Part shown: positions 35,586 to 44,020 of the stretch, in pieces
Layout of the letters: each line of letters starts with the position of its first letter
Position numbering within the stretch: the stretch's first letter is position 1
Source of the DNA: a virus
Lineage: Duplodnaviria > Caudoviricetes
DNA: 58,838 nucleotides
Strand: one strand, 5' to 3'
Virus record (IMG/VR): IMGVR_UViG_3300036855_000026
Span: 1 to 58,838 of that record
The notes under the pieces: generated by a model
Told to the model about the DNA's origin: nothing
The model's input: only the letters and a program-made list of their open reading frames with translations
The model's database searches: none
Program-made: the position numbers and the translations under genes

Positions 35586-35777
35586 TCAGATCCCTTCGGG
35601 TTGGGTGGTGAGGTCGGGTGCGTGCATCGGGCAGCCGAGGTCGATGACATAGGCGACGTTGCCGTGTTCGTCGCGAGCACCGCCCATGTAGCCGCGTCCG
35701 CCCGCGTTGTCCATACGAGGGCACAGGCAGCCCGCGTCATGCGCGGCGTCGCTGCCTGGCGGCGGAGTGTCGGTCAC
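35586..35777 (-). CDS. Small Cys/His metal-binding protein
   Basis: PGSDAA..AGCLCP.MDN..GRG...CPMH; RBS GAGGA. Confidence 0.75.
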   Translation of the reverse strand: MTDTPPPGSDAAHDAGCLCPRMDNAGGRGYMGGARDEHGNVAYVIDLGCPMHAPDLTTQPEGI

Positions 35778-35785
35778 GGCGTCCT

Positions 35786-36010
35786 CTATCCAAAGTCGGC
35801 GATGATCTTTGTGTTGGGCGGCAGCGGAGCCGCCACGGCTAAGAGCGCGGGGCCGCTGTTGCCGCGTACCGCGACGGTCGCTTGCCACCAATGCCGTCCG
35901 CCGCGATCATCACCGAGATAGAGACAGTGGACAGGTGCGCTGTATCCGTCCGGGTAGACGGCGCGCACATCGACGGGGCGGTCAGGTTCGGGCGGTGGGG
36001 ACGAGGGCAT
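35786..36010 (-). CDS. Hypothetical protein
   Basis: Fills the operon gap; VRAVYPDG motif. Confidence 0.6.
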   Translation of the reverse strand: MPSSPPPEPDRPVDVRAVYPDGYSAPVHCLYLGDDRGGRHWWQATVAVRGNSGPALLAVAAPLPPNTKIIADFG

Positions 36011-36013
36011 CGG

Positions 36014-36475
36014 CTATCGCTTCCGCCCTTTGGTCACTGTGGACGGTTTCGTGGTGCGCCCGGCAGCGCGTTGGGTCGCGGTCGTGCGGCGCTGTTTCTG
36101 CTCTGCCGCTTTTGCTTCCGCCAGGGCAAGATCGATCTCATAGTCGCGGATCTCGCGGCGGAGCAGGCGCGCGCCCTCGATGTAATAGGCGCTGTCGATA
36201 TAGTAAAAGTTGCGGTACTCGCCCTCGATCTGTTTGACGATCTTGACGCCCTGGCAACCGTTCACGCACCGGTAGGTTTTCTGGAACGGCTCAGTCGACC
36301 GGTTCCGAATCCAGCCTTTGTGTTGCCGCTTCCAATGGTGACCTTCCTCGCGGCACTCGATGTACGGTGCCTTGCTCGGGTCGGCCAGGTAAGCGAGTTT
36401 GATCAAATCGTCGTCGTCGACTTCGGCGGGAGCGGCAGCCTGGAACACGGGTTTAGTGACTGTCTTCGAGACCAT
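36014..36475 (-). CDS. Zinc-ribbon protein with basic tail
   Basis: CREEGHHW...CVNGC. Confidence 0.7.
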   Translation of the reverse strand: MVSKTVTKPVFQAAAPAEVDDDDLIKLAYLADPSKAPYIECREEGHHWKRQHKGWIRNRSTEPFQKTYRCVNGCQGVKIVKQIEGEYRNFYYIDSAYYIEGARLLRREIRDYEIDLALAEAKAAEQKQRRTTATQRAAGRTTKPSTVTKGRKR

Positions 36476-36478
36476 GTC

Positions 36479-36997
36479 CTACGCACCCCGCTTCGCGGCG
36501 ACACTCGCGAGTGGACGTTTCGCCTTGGACGGTTTCGAGATCAACGCTGGTTGATCCTCACTCTCCGGACTGTCCTCTGTGGCGTCATCGTCGGCATCGT
36601 CAGATTCCTCCGTCACCCGATGCCGCTGGGTGTCTTTGTTGGCCTGCGCATACGCGGCGGCGAGGTCGGCCGGTATCCGCCCCATGTCACCGAGATCAGG
36701 CCACCCGTTGTCCCGTGCCCACTCGCGCATGTCGGTGCGAAGCTGCTTTTTGTCTTTACCCAGCCACCATGGGGGACCTGTACTCGTGAACGCGTTCGGC
36801 GGCTTGGCGCGGGTTGTCACGATCGCGGGCGGCTTGCCGGGGCGGCGGGCAAACTCCGCCCATTCGCGGACGATGTCCGCTAGCTCGGCGTGATGTGCTT
36901 CGCACAGATCCATCTCGTTGTCGAGACGGCCAAGGCCAAACAGGAACGTTCCTATCGCGACATCCTGACAGAGATCACATACCAGCATTTGTGCCAT
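36479..36997 (-). CDS. lsr2: Lsr2-like protein (Cys-containing variant)
   Basis: CDLC...FGL...EMDLCEAH; MREWARDNGW...GRIP...AY. Confidence 0.82.
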   Translation of the reverse strand: MAQMLVCDLCQDVAIGTFLFGLGRLDNEMDLCEAHHAELADIVREWAEFARRPGKPPAIVTTRAKPPNAFTSTGPPWWLGKDKKQLRTDMREWARDNGWPDLGDMGRIPADLAAAYAQANKDTQRHRVTEESDDADDDATEDSPESEDQPALISKPSKAKRPLASVAAKRGA

Positions 36998-37051
36998 GGT
37001 CGGGGACGGCTCCCTCGTGAATAGACGGCGTGGGGACGGGGAGGGACACCG

Positions 37052-37393
37052 TTAGGCGCGCATGGACCGCGCGTAGGCTTCTTGGACCACGATGGGAATG
37101 CGGCCACGGTCGGACACCTCATAGCCCTGATCGCGGGCCCATTCGCGGACAGCGGTCACGTCATTTCTGGGCGCGGGAACGGCTTTGGCCTGAGCTAGTC
37201 CGCGTCGCCGCTTGCCCCCCATACGTCGCGCCGCGTCGGTAAATTCGGCGATGCCGTCGCGGAGCCGCGCCGCTTCCTCCTCGGTCAGATCAATCTCGTA
37301 TTCGGCGCCGTCCAGTCCGAAAGCGACGGTTTCGTCCGCCGGAAGGTCCCGTTGGAGATCGCTATACCGCTCGATCGTTATTTTTTCCGCCAC
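37052..37393 (-). CDS. lsr2: Lsr2 nucleoid-associated protein
   Basis: ADETVAFGLDGAEYEIDL...VREWARDQGYEVSDRGRIP. Confidence 0.95.
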   Translation of the reverse strand: MAEKITIERYSDLQRDLPADETVAFGLDGAEYEIDLTEEEAARLRDGIAEFTDAARRMGGKRRRGLAQAKAVPAPRNDVTAVREWARDQGYEVSDRGRIPIVVQEAYARSMRA

Positions 37394-37449
37394 GCTCGCC
37401 GCCCTCTGTTGCCCGCTGAGTGATTCGGCCATTGAACACCTAGCGTCTA

Positions 37450-37477
37450 CGTCTGGCAATGGTGGATTGCCACACGA
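37450..37477 (-). promoter_or_regulatory. Operator/-35 element shared with the repressor-Cro region
   Basis: 26/28 identity to the reverse complement of 49564-49591; TGGCAAT-N5-ATTGCCA. Confidence 0.75.
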
Positions 37478-37735
37478 TTTACGTGGTCACGCAGGTTGTG
37501 TGCCTATTTCGGATGATCTACCGGTCGGTAATGGCGCGTGGCCTGCCGATTCAGTAGGTCCAACCGATCACAGATTTGCGGCACATGGTGAATGGCAATC
37601 GAACGGATGATCGATTGATCAGGGGCTGCGGTCGCCCGCTTTTTAGTTGTGCGCGCAACGAGCCGTCGCCGAGAGCGTGTGCGTGTGCACATCGGGGCGT
37701 GTGACCTGCGAGATAGATCAACTGGGTAACGGTTC

Positions 37736-37750
37736 GTCGTACGGTACGAC
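37736..37750. promoter_or_regulatory. Palindromic operator GTCGTAC-N-GTACGAC, copy 1
   Basis: GTCGTACGGTACGAC containing a TANNNT -10. Confidence 0.65.
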
Positions 37751-37798
37751 ATACCAGGGAGAGGGGCAGCCGCCCCCACCGCCCGGAAGGTGTGCACC

Positions 37799-38161
37799 AT
37801 GGCTTGGACTAATTCGCAACTCATCGAATTCTTCGATGCCTACCTACAGACGGCACTGTGGGCGAGCACGGACAACCGGCGCGCACTGGCCGCTGAATAC
37901 GGCGTTGACGACTTCGCAGAGAGCGCGCGGGAAACCCTGCTCGCCGACGCCACCGCGTTCGCCCGGGACAACGCGGCCGACCTGGCCAACCTGAACCCGG
38001 CGCGGTGCGGACACGACTTCTGGCTGAACCGCTGTCGGCACGGTGCCGGATTCTGGGACAGGGGCCTCGGCGAGGTCGGCGACCGGCTGTCCGCCGCGAG
38101 CCGCGTCTTCGGTGACCCGTCGCTCTACATCGGGGACGACGGCATGATCTACGTGGGCTGA
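37799..38161 (+). CDS. Conserved-type phage hypothetical protein
   Basis: YLQTALW...GHDFWLNRCRHGAGFWDRG; RBS GGAAGG. Confidence 0.85.
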   Translation: MAWTNSQLIEFFDAYLQTALWASTDNRRALAAEYGVDDFAESARETLLADATAFARDNAADLANLNPARCGHDFWLNRCRHGAGFWDRGLGEVGDRLSAASRVFGDPSLYIGDDGMIYVG

Positions 38162-38173
38162 TAGCCTCCCTGA

Positions 38174-38188
38174 GTCGTACCGTACGAC
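38174..38188. promoter_or_regulatory. Palindromic operator, copy 2
   Basis: GTCGTACCGTACGAC immediately before ATG 38190. Confidence 0.65.
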
Positions 38189-38189
38189 C

Positions 38190-38435
38190 ATGGGAGACGT
38201 CATGGCCACGCCGCCAGAACCGGAGCACTGGACAACCGAGGACGTAGGCGCATTCCTCGGTTATCCAGGCCCCACAGAGAAGCGCATCCGGTCCGCCGCC
38301 AGTTGGCTCTACCGCGCGGGAATCAGCCCGGTCGGTCGACAGCCCGGACGCAGCGGGCAGAACCTCTATGACGCCGACGCCGTGCAATCCGCGAAAGCGG
38401 CCATGCCCGGCAGAGGTAACGCCACGGACGGCTAG
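38190..38435 (+). CDS. Small winged-HTH DNA-binding protein
   Basis: WTTEDVGAFLG...LYDADAV...MPGRG. Confidence 0.75.
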   Translation: MGDVMATPPEPEHWTTEDVGAFLGYPGPTEKRIRSAASWLYRAGISPVGRQPGRSGQNLYDADAVQSAKAAMPGRGNATDG

Positions 38436-38467
38436 CCGATCATCGACGCAACGGAAAGAGCGCCCCC

Positions 38468-38686
38468 ATGGGCCGCAAGAAGATCGCCGACCACCACTGG
38501 ACCACGGTGGGCGACAACGGACACCAGCGCTGCGACACGTGCCGCATGCGCGTGATCTGGATCGGGAGCGAAATGTGGTTCAAGGTGCCTGGCACGCCCG
38601 CCGCAACGGCACTGAATGTCAGCAAGCTACCGAGATGCGCCGGTCAACCGGTGCCCGCACCCGTCACGTTCGGAGACCTGACATGA
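38468..38686 (+). CDS. Small hypothetical protein (CxxC)
   Basis: HHW...CDTC. Confidence 0.6.
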   Translation: MGRKKIADHHWTTVGDNGHQRCDTCRMRVIWIGSEMWFKVPGTPAATALNVSKLPRCAGQPVPAPVTFGDLT

Positions 38687-38910
38687 AGATCACGATTCCC
38701 GTCACGATCGACGTCGACCCCGACGAATGGCGCAAGGTGATGAACGGCGACGCGAGCAACCGCGACGGTCGCAACGGCTACAGCCTCGCCAGTGTCCGCG
38801 AAGACATCATCGAACACGTCTTCGGCCTGATTGACGGAACCTCGCTCGTCGAGGAAACCGGCGCGCGCGTCACCATTCGCGGGACACGCTTCGACGCCAC
38901 AAAGGACTGA
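38683..38910 (+). CDS. Hypothetical protein
   Basis: MKITIPVTIDVDPDEW; RBS GGAG. Confidence 0.7.
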   Translation: MKITIPVTIDVDPDEWRKVMNGDASNRDGRNGYSLASVREDIIEHVFGLIDGTSLVEETGARVTIRGTRFDATKD

Positions 38911-38915
38911 TCATC

Positions 38916-39659
38916 ATGTCGAAGGCGACCGCCAAAAAGATCACCAGCCCCGCCAAGGCCACTCCCATTGAGATTGACACCGCGCTCGCCGATCTTTACA
39001 TCGATCGTGCCCGCCTGCTCGGGGGTCTCACGGCCACCGTCGCGCACCTCCACACGATCGACGGTCAGCGGGCCCGCTACATCTCGCGCACCGTCAAGTC
39101 GTGGCCAAGTACCGACGCCGACACGATCGCGTCCGTACGGGCCAAGCTGGCCACCGGAAAAGGCATGATGGCGTATGAGGTGCGGTCCGCGCAGGACACG
39201 ATCGACCGGTACGACGAATACCGTGCCGCGATCGAGGCGAACGAGCGTGAAACGGCCCGGTTCAGCGCCGAATACGACCGGCGTCCGTGGCAGCGCTACA
39301 TCGGCGTACTCGGCGGACACATCCACAGTGACACGCGGTGCGCGGGTGGCACCATCCGACCGAGGACCCGACTGCAATGGCAACCGGAACTGTCTGGCCT
39401 CGACGTCGCCGGGGCTATGGCCACACTCGGCACCCAAGATTGGTTGCTGTGCTCGCATTGTTTCCCTGACGCTCCGGTCCAATGGCAGGCAGGCGCAGAG
39501 AAGAAACCCGCCCGGTGTGAGGGCAGCGGCAAACCCGGGAAACCGGAAACCGATGTCCAGATCGGCATGCGCTACTACGCGGTGTGCACCGGGTGTGATG
39601 AGCGGCAGCTACTCACCAGTGGCCACGTGATCCGCGCACACAAGCTGGTGACGTCATGA
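38916..39659 (+). CDS. Hypothetical Cys/His-rich protein
   Basis: GGHIHS...LCSHCFPDAPV...CEGSG...CTGC. Confidence 0.8.
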   Translation: MSKATAKKITSPAKATPIEIDTALADLYIDRARLLGGLTATVAHLHTIDGQRARYISRTVKSWPSTDADTIASVRAKLATGKGMMAYEVRSAQDTIDRYDEYRAAIEANERETARFSAEYDRRPWQRYIGVLGGHIHSDTRCAGGTIRPRTRLQWQPELSGLDVAGAMATLGTQDWLLCSHCFPDAPVQWQAGAEKKPARCEGSGKPGKPETDVQIGMRYYAVCTGCDERQLLTSGHVIRAHKLVTS

Positions 39660-39892
39660 CCGACTACTACAGCCCGGTGTCCGCAGACGAGGTGACCGAC
39701 GAAATCTTGACCATGGTCACCGAGACCGTTGACGGCTGGTATCAGGACGGCCGTATCGACTGGCAAGACGTCTGGGACCGGGTCGACGGGTCCACCTTGG
39801 ACGATGGGCGCACGGTCGACTTCGGCGATTCGCTCGACTCGCCCGCCATCCGCAAGATCAAAAAGCATGTGAGGGATCACCGTCATGACTGA
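39656..39892 (+). CDS. Small acidic protein
   Basis: DGWYQDGRIDW...DSPAIRKIK. Confidence 0.75.
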   Translation: MTDYYSPVSADEVTDEILTMVTETVDGWYQDGRIDWQDVWDRVDGSTLDDGRTVDFGDSLDSPAIRKIKKHVRDHRHD

Positions 39893-40055
39893 CGGCCCGT
39901 TCGCGGAGTTCACCATTCACGACGACGAGATCGGGCCGACCCTCGTTCACGATTGTGTCTGGTATTGCACGATCTCAGGCTGTTCGCTGGCCGACGTGAT
40001 CGCGATCGCCGAGGCACACACCGCCACCCATGCAACAGGAAACGGATCATCATGA
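39885..40055 (+). CDS. 56-aa hypothetical protein (not in the ORF track)
   Basis: MTDGPFAEFTIH...; RBS GAGGG; ATGA coupling downstream. Confidence 0.55.
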   Translation: MTDGPFAEFTIHDDEIGPTLVHDCVWYCTISGCSLADVIAIAEAHTATHATGNGSS

Positions 40056-40306
40056 CTGACATCGACCGAGAATGCATCGACGCCGACAAGGGCGGCGTGT
40101 GTCGCGGCGACGTGACCGAACAACCGTCGCGGTCCGGCGCCACCGTCAGCGCGCGGTGCGAGGCACATTGGGTGGCCTATGAGAGACGCATGGACGAGGT
40201 GTACGCGGCTGTCGATGCGCGTTACCCCGGCTGGGACACCCCCGGCAGCGTGCCGCCCGCGTGGTTCGATCCGGCCAACGCAGGCGAATCCTGGGACGAA
40301 TCATGA
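40052..40306 (+). CDS. Small Cys-containing protein
   Basis: C...CRGDV...RCEAH...PAWFDPANAGESWDE. Confidence 0.75.
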   Translation: MTDIDRECIDADKGGVCRGDVTEQPSRSGATVSARCEAHWVAYERRMDEVYAAVDARYPGWDTPGSVPPAWFDPANAGESWDES

Positions 40307-40343
40307 CCACCGTCTACACGGGACTAAACGAGGAGAGATGATC

Positions 40344-40652
40344 ATGACTACTAGTGAACCGACCATGATCGTGATCGGCGAGTGTTTCGCCTGCCACGTC
40401 ACGTTTTCGTTCTGCGATGAGTGCGTGACCAGCGTCCGCGTGGACCCGGAAACGAACCAACCACCGGACGTGACCGCACAGGCCACGCCGTGTACGCCCG
40501 ACCCTGCCGCCGTGGCGCGGGCCGTTCGCTGCCCGGTCTGTGAATCCTGTACCGAACGCGCCAACGCCCGACGATCGGCCGGTGACCAGGTCGAAACCGA
40601 GTCGCAACGGCACGCGCGCCACATCGGACGGGCGACGGACGGCCAATCATGA
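40344..40652 (+). CDS. Zinc-binding hypothetical protein
   Basis: CFAC, CDEC, CPVCESC; RBS GAGGAG. Confidence 0.7.
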   Translation: MTTSEPTMIVIGECFACHVTFSFCDECVTSVRVDPETNQPPDVTAQATPCTPDPAAVARAVRCPVCESCTERANARRSAGDQVETESQRHARHIGRATDGQS

Positions 40653-40861
40653 CCGAGTGGACCGAGGTCGGGGACGGCACATACACGACCCGTGTCGGTG
40701 ATCAACTCTGGCACTTGGGCATGGTCGATGATGGTGCGTGGCCCGCAGGCTGGTGTGTGTGGAAGGACGGGCAACGGCGCGCGCGACCGGTAGCCGCCCC
40801 CGGTCGTGACATGGCGCTAGTGTTCGCCCCCGCGAGTCGCGCTGTCCTAGTATGGCGATAG
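40649..40861 (+). CDS. Hypothetical protein
   Basis: ATGA coupling; last gene before hairpins. Confidence 0.6.
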   Translation: MTEWTEVGDGTYTTRVGDQLWHLGMVDDGAWPAGWCVWKDGQRRARPVAAPGRDMALVFAPASRAVLVWR

Positions 40862-40865
40862 CCCC

Positions 40866-40915
40866 GCCGGGGTGAGCAGCCCCGGCCCGACGGCCCTCCG
40901 AACCCGGGGGGCCGT
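40866..40915 (+). terminator. Tandem hairpins/terminator
   Basis: GCCGGGG/CCCCGGC and ACGGCCCTCCG/CGGGGGGCCGT followed by TT. Confidence 0.65.
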
Positions 40916-41066
40916 TTCCATGTGGCCTGCCGACACCAGGGCGGCGCGCTTGCTAGCCTGCGTGCCGGACGGTGGCGCGGACAGTCACGCGGGTAAGCAC
41001 CGGGGTTAGCGCGCTGGACTGGTCGGGCGCGAATGGCCCGGAAATGGCCCCGGTCGCCACCGTCTC

Positions 41067-41822
41067 TCAGCAACTCGCCGACGGGTCGGGCGCCGCGCCC
41101 GGCATGTCCGACACGGACGCGTCATTGAACGTCGTTGGCTGATTCGAGGGCGCCACGCCCGGCACCACATCCGAGAATTCGACCAGCGCGTCACCGACAT
41201 CGGTATTCCCGATCGCGGCGTGAATGGTCGCGCTCGCGTACTCGACTTGCACACATCCGCTGACGTGCTGCGTCCACAGAATGTGTGCGTCCGGCGGAAA
41301 CTCGCCCGCGATCGCGGATTCGGCGCCCGCCAACGAGGCAGACGGCAGATTGACCGTGTAGTCGGTGATGCGCCCGCCGATCGGTTGCACGGCAACATAC
41401 TTGTCGGTCGTGCGCCCTGCGGTACGCGGCAGCGATGAGTCCGGATCGTAGGCACTGCCCGCCGCGAAGTAGCTATCCGCCGTGTGCGTCCGCGCCCAGT
41501 TGGCGACCGTGGCGCCGTAGCCGGTGAGCGTGACCGGTGGCGGGGTGACTGGGCGCGTGGTCGCCGGGGGCAGTGCCGTTGTGCGCACGGTGGTCGGTGC
41601 GGGCGCCCTGGTGGCCGTGGCGCGGCTCGCGGAGCTGACCGGGGAAGTGGTAGCGGTCGGCGCGGATGCGGCCGTGGTGGCGGGGGTGGGTGGCAGGACG
41701 GCGCTCAACACGACACCGAGCACGATCAGCGCGCCGACGACCGAGCCTGAAATGATCAGCGTCTTGCGAAGTCGGTGACGGCGCGGCGGGGTGACGTCGG
41801 TGGGTTCGGTGGGTGCGGACAT
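41067..41822 (-). CDS. Membrane-anchored exported protein with Pro/Thr linker
   Basis: RRHRLRK + TM + PT-rich stalk + globular domain with two Cys. Confidence 0.8.
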   Translation of the reverse strand: MSAPTEPTDVTPPRRHRLRKTLIISGSVVGALIVLGVVLSAVLPPTPATTAASAPTATTSPVSSASRATATRAPAPTTVRTTALPPATTRPVTPPPVTLTGYGATVANWARTHTADSYFAAGSAYDPDSSLPRTAGRTTDKYVAVQPIGGRITDYTVNLPSASLAGAESAIAGEFPPDAHILWTQHVSGCVQVEYASATIHAAIGNTDVGDALVEFSDVVPGVAPSNQPTTFNDASVSDMPGAAPDPSASC

Positions 41823-41920
41823 GGTGATCCCTCGGGTAGCCGGACGGCTCGCGAACACCGGTTACTCATCGTATCCGTGATCGTCACCAGAGTGTTAACC
41901 GCTGGTTTATACTCGCGACC

Positions 41921-42322
41921 ATGACGGAGCTTGCCGACCGAGACGCGACAACGGCGCCCGCATCCGCCCTGCCGCAGGAATATTACGACGTCCTCGCCTA
42001 CCTGGTTCCGGCGAGCGACCACGACCCGGACGCGCATTGCGTCGCGGTCACCAGCCTTGACCTGTACCACCTTGACCCCGACACCTCAGAGCGAGTGCGG
42101 TCCGGGTGGGCGTTTCTGTGGAATGTGTTGCTGCGTATGGAAAATCGTGGCCTGGTGGTTCGGTCGACGATGCGGGAAGACATGATCGGCACGTCCAGCA
42201 GGGCGTACACGGTCGCGCGGATCACCGAGGCGGGCCGACAGGCGTACGCATGCGACGCGCGAACCGCGCGGCCCGCCGAGGATTCGGGGCGGCGTCCACG
42301 CGGTTCTGCGCGTCGCGGATAA
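41921..42322 (+). CDS. Winged-helix-like hypothetical protein
   Basis: LLRMENRGLV...ARITEAGRQA; -10 TATACT 7 nt before ATG. Confidence 0.6.
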   Translation: MTELADRDATTAPASALPQEYYDVLAYLVPASDHDPDAHCVAVTSLDLYHLDPDTSERVRSGWAFLWNVLLRMENRGLVVRSTMREDMIGTSSRAYTVARITEAGRQAYACDARTARPAEDSGRRPRGSARRG

Positions 42323-42458
42323 CGTCCTACTGAGCGGTTTTACCGGTGCCGGAACACTGTTTTTGCGAGCCCGCAGGGGTGTGCGGGGGCACCGTTTTTC
42401 CCGCTTCCACCGCGAGAGTCTGTCCACAATTTGGGCATGATCCGTTTGCCACGTCTAC

Positions 42459-42704
42459 CTACTTTCGGGCCGCGATGCTGTCCTTGGTCATGATGATCTC
42501 GGGTTGCGTGCGATCCTCGCCGCCGGGTGGCGACGACCGTACGGTGAGCAGCACCCAGACGTTTCCGTCCGTGTCGGTGACATGCAATTCCGTCAGCGGA
42601 GTGGGGTTCCCCGCCATCTGGACCTGTTCAACTGTGACGATGCCGGGGTGTTCGCCGCTGCTCAGCCGCTCGAACAGAAAGTCTTTGTATCGGTCGGCCC
42701 ACAT
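42459..42704 (-). CDS. Hypothetical protein
   Basis: MWADRYKDFL...HPGIV; RBS GAGGTG. Confidence 0.7.
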   Translation of the reverse strand: MWADRYKDFLFERLSSGEHPGIVTVEQVQMAGNPTPLTELHVTDTDGNVWVLLTVRSSPPGGEDRTQPEIIMTKDSIAARK

Positions 42705-42706
42705 GA

Positions 42707-42940
42707 TCAGAACACCTCGCGCGGCATCGTGTACGGCTCGTGCCGGGGGATGCCCGGCCCGCTCACCTGGCGCACCATGGTGAACGCCTGCGCCCCGCTC
42801 GCGAAGTTGACACGGACCAGGTTGTGGTTCGAGTGTTTGTCCTCGGGGCCGTAGTCGAAGGTCTCGGCGGAAACGATCTCCGGATGGTCCGCGCCGTTCA
42901 CCGCGTCGGCGATGATGTCGGCGAGCTCGCGGATTTTCAT
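42707..42940 (-). CDS. Hypothetical protein
   Basis: MKIRELADII...HPEIV. Confidence 0.7.
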   Translation of the reverse strand: MKIRELADIIADAVNGADHPEIVSAETFDYGPEDKHSNHNLVRVNFASGAQAFTMVRQVSGPGIPRHEPYTMPREVF

Positions 42941-43055
42941 AGGCACAAGATCCATTCTCGTGGTCGGCGTGACGTGTCGCCCAGGGTAGAGCGTGACCCT
43001 GACGGGGGCACCAGGACGCGCCAGGACGTGTTGCCCGCTGGTTTACGCTGGGTGG

Positions 43056-43433
43056 GTGACGGGACTGACGCGCTACACCCTGCCGGACGATCAGCCGTTC
43101 GTTGACTGTCGCCCCACCGGGCATGCCTGCTGGGCGCCCGTCGGTTCGGCGAACTCGGATACGGAGCAATGCGGCCGATGTGGCATACAGCGCACCCCGC
43201 GCCGCGAGCCCGGTCTACACGACCCCGTCCACCGGTGGACCATGCACCGAACGGCAGGGGCGCGCGTCGTCGGCGACCAGCGCCAATGGTGGACGTCGTG
43301 CCGGGTCTGTGCGGCGGTGCGCGTGAAGACGACCGCGAACGGGGCACTGGTCAGTGACCTCACCTACCCGCCCGGCTACACGGCGGCGGACTGGGACGCT
43401 GAGCAGTGTGTTCGCGATCCGGGGTCACTCTGA
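43056..43433 (+). CDS. Cys/His-rich hypothetical protein
   Basis: GHAC...CGRC...H.W...CRVC; -10 TACGCT 6 nt before GTG. Confidence 0.6.
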   Translation: MTGLTRYTLPDDQPFVDCRPTGHACWAPVGSANSDTEQCGRCGIQRTPRREPGLHDPVHRWTMHRTAGARVVGDQRQWWTSCRVCAAVRVKTTANGALVSDLTYPPGYTAADWDAEQCVRDPGSL

Positions 43434-43459
43434 CCTGCTGGTTTGCCCGTGCAAAGTAT

Positions 43460-43507
43460 TGTGCTCTAACCCCTTTTAGGTTTTGCCGAACCTAGGGATA
43501 AAGCACA
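43460..43507. other. Candidate attP site
   Basis: 48-bp AT-rich imperfect IR (11/13 arms) centred on TT, upstream of the integrase operon. Confidence 0.5.
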
Positions 43508-43565
43508 TTGGGGGAGCATACTGGGAGCAGGCCCACCCCGGGCCGCTTACCAGGGAGAACACCCC

Positions 43566-43832
43566 ATGAGCGCCACCCCCGCCCCCCGGATCACTGCCAC
43601 CATGCGCGCCGCACTCGACACGATCGCCGCCGACCCGAGCGCCCCCGGTGTCAGTGGCGCCACGCTTGACCGGCTGAACATGCGCGGCCTCGTCCGGTGC
43701 GTACAGCCGCGCGACGCCAACGGCTACGCGCTCACCTTTCCGCGCTGGTATCTCACCCACGCGGCGCAGGTTGCGCGCTCGTCGGGTGTTCGCCCCGCCG
43801 TCAACGAGAGCACCACGGACGGTGCCCTGTGA
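43566..43832 (+). CDS. Small winged-helix-like protein
   Basis: TLDRLNMRGLV...WYLT; RBS GGGAG. Confidence 0.65.
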   Translation: MSATPAPRITATMRAALDTIAADPSAPGVSGATLDRLNMRGLVRCVQPRDANGYALTFPRWYLTHAAQVARSSGVRPAVNESTTDGAL

Positions 43833-44020
43833 GCGCCGCTGCGTTCCTCCGCAGACACCCGAGCGAAGTGACCACCATGCTTCTCGTCCTCGCCCTGGTC
43901 GCCGCGTTCCTGGTCCCCGCTAGCCGCACGCTGCTTGTCGGCGACGTGTTCGGCCCGGTCGCCATCTACCTCCTGTCCACCCTGTCCGCGTTCGGCCACT
44001 TCCTCGGGGGTCTGCTGTGA
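43829..44020 (+). CDS. Small membrane protein
   Basis: Two hydrophobic segments; GTGA overlaps on both sides. Confidence 0.6.
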   Translation: MSAAAFLRRHPSEVTTMLLVLALVAAFLVPASRTLLVGDVFGPVAIYLLSTLSAFGHFLGGLL

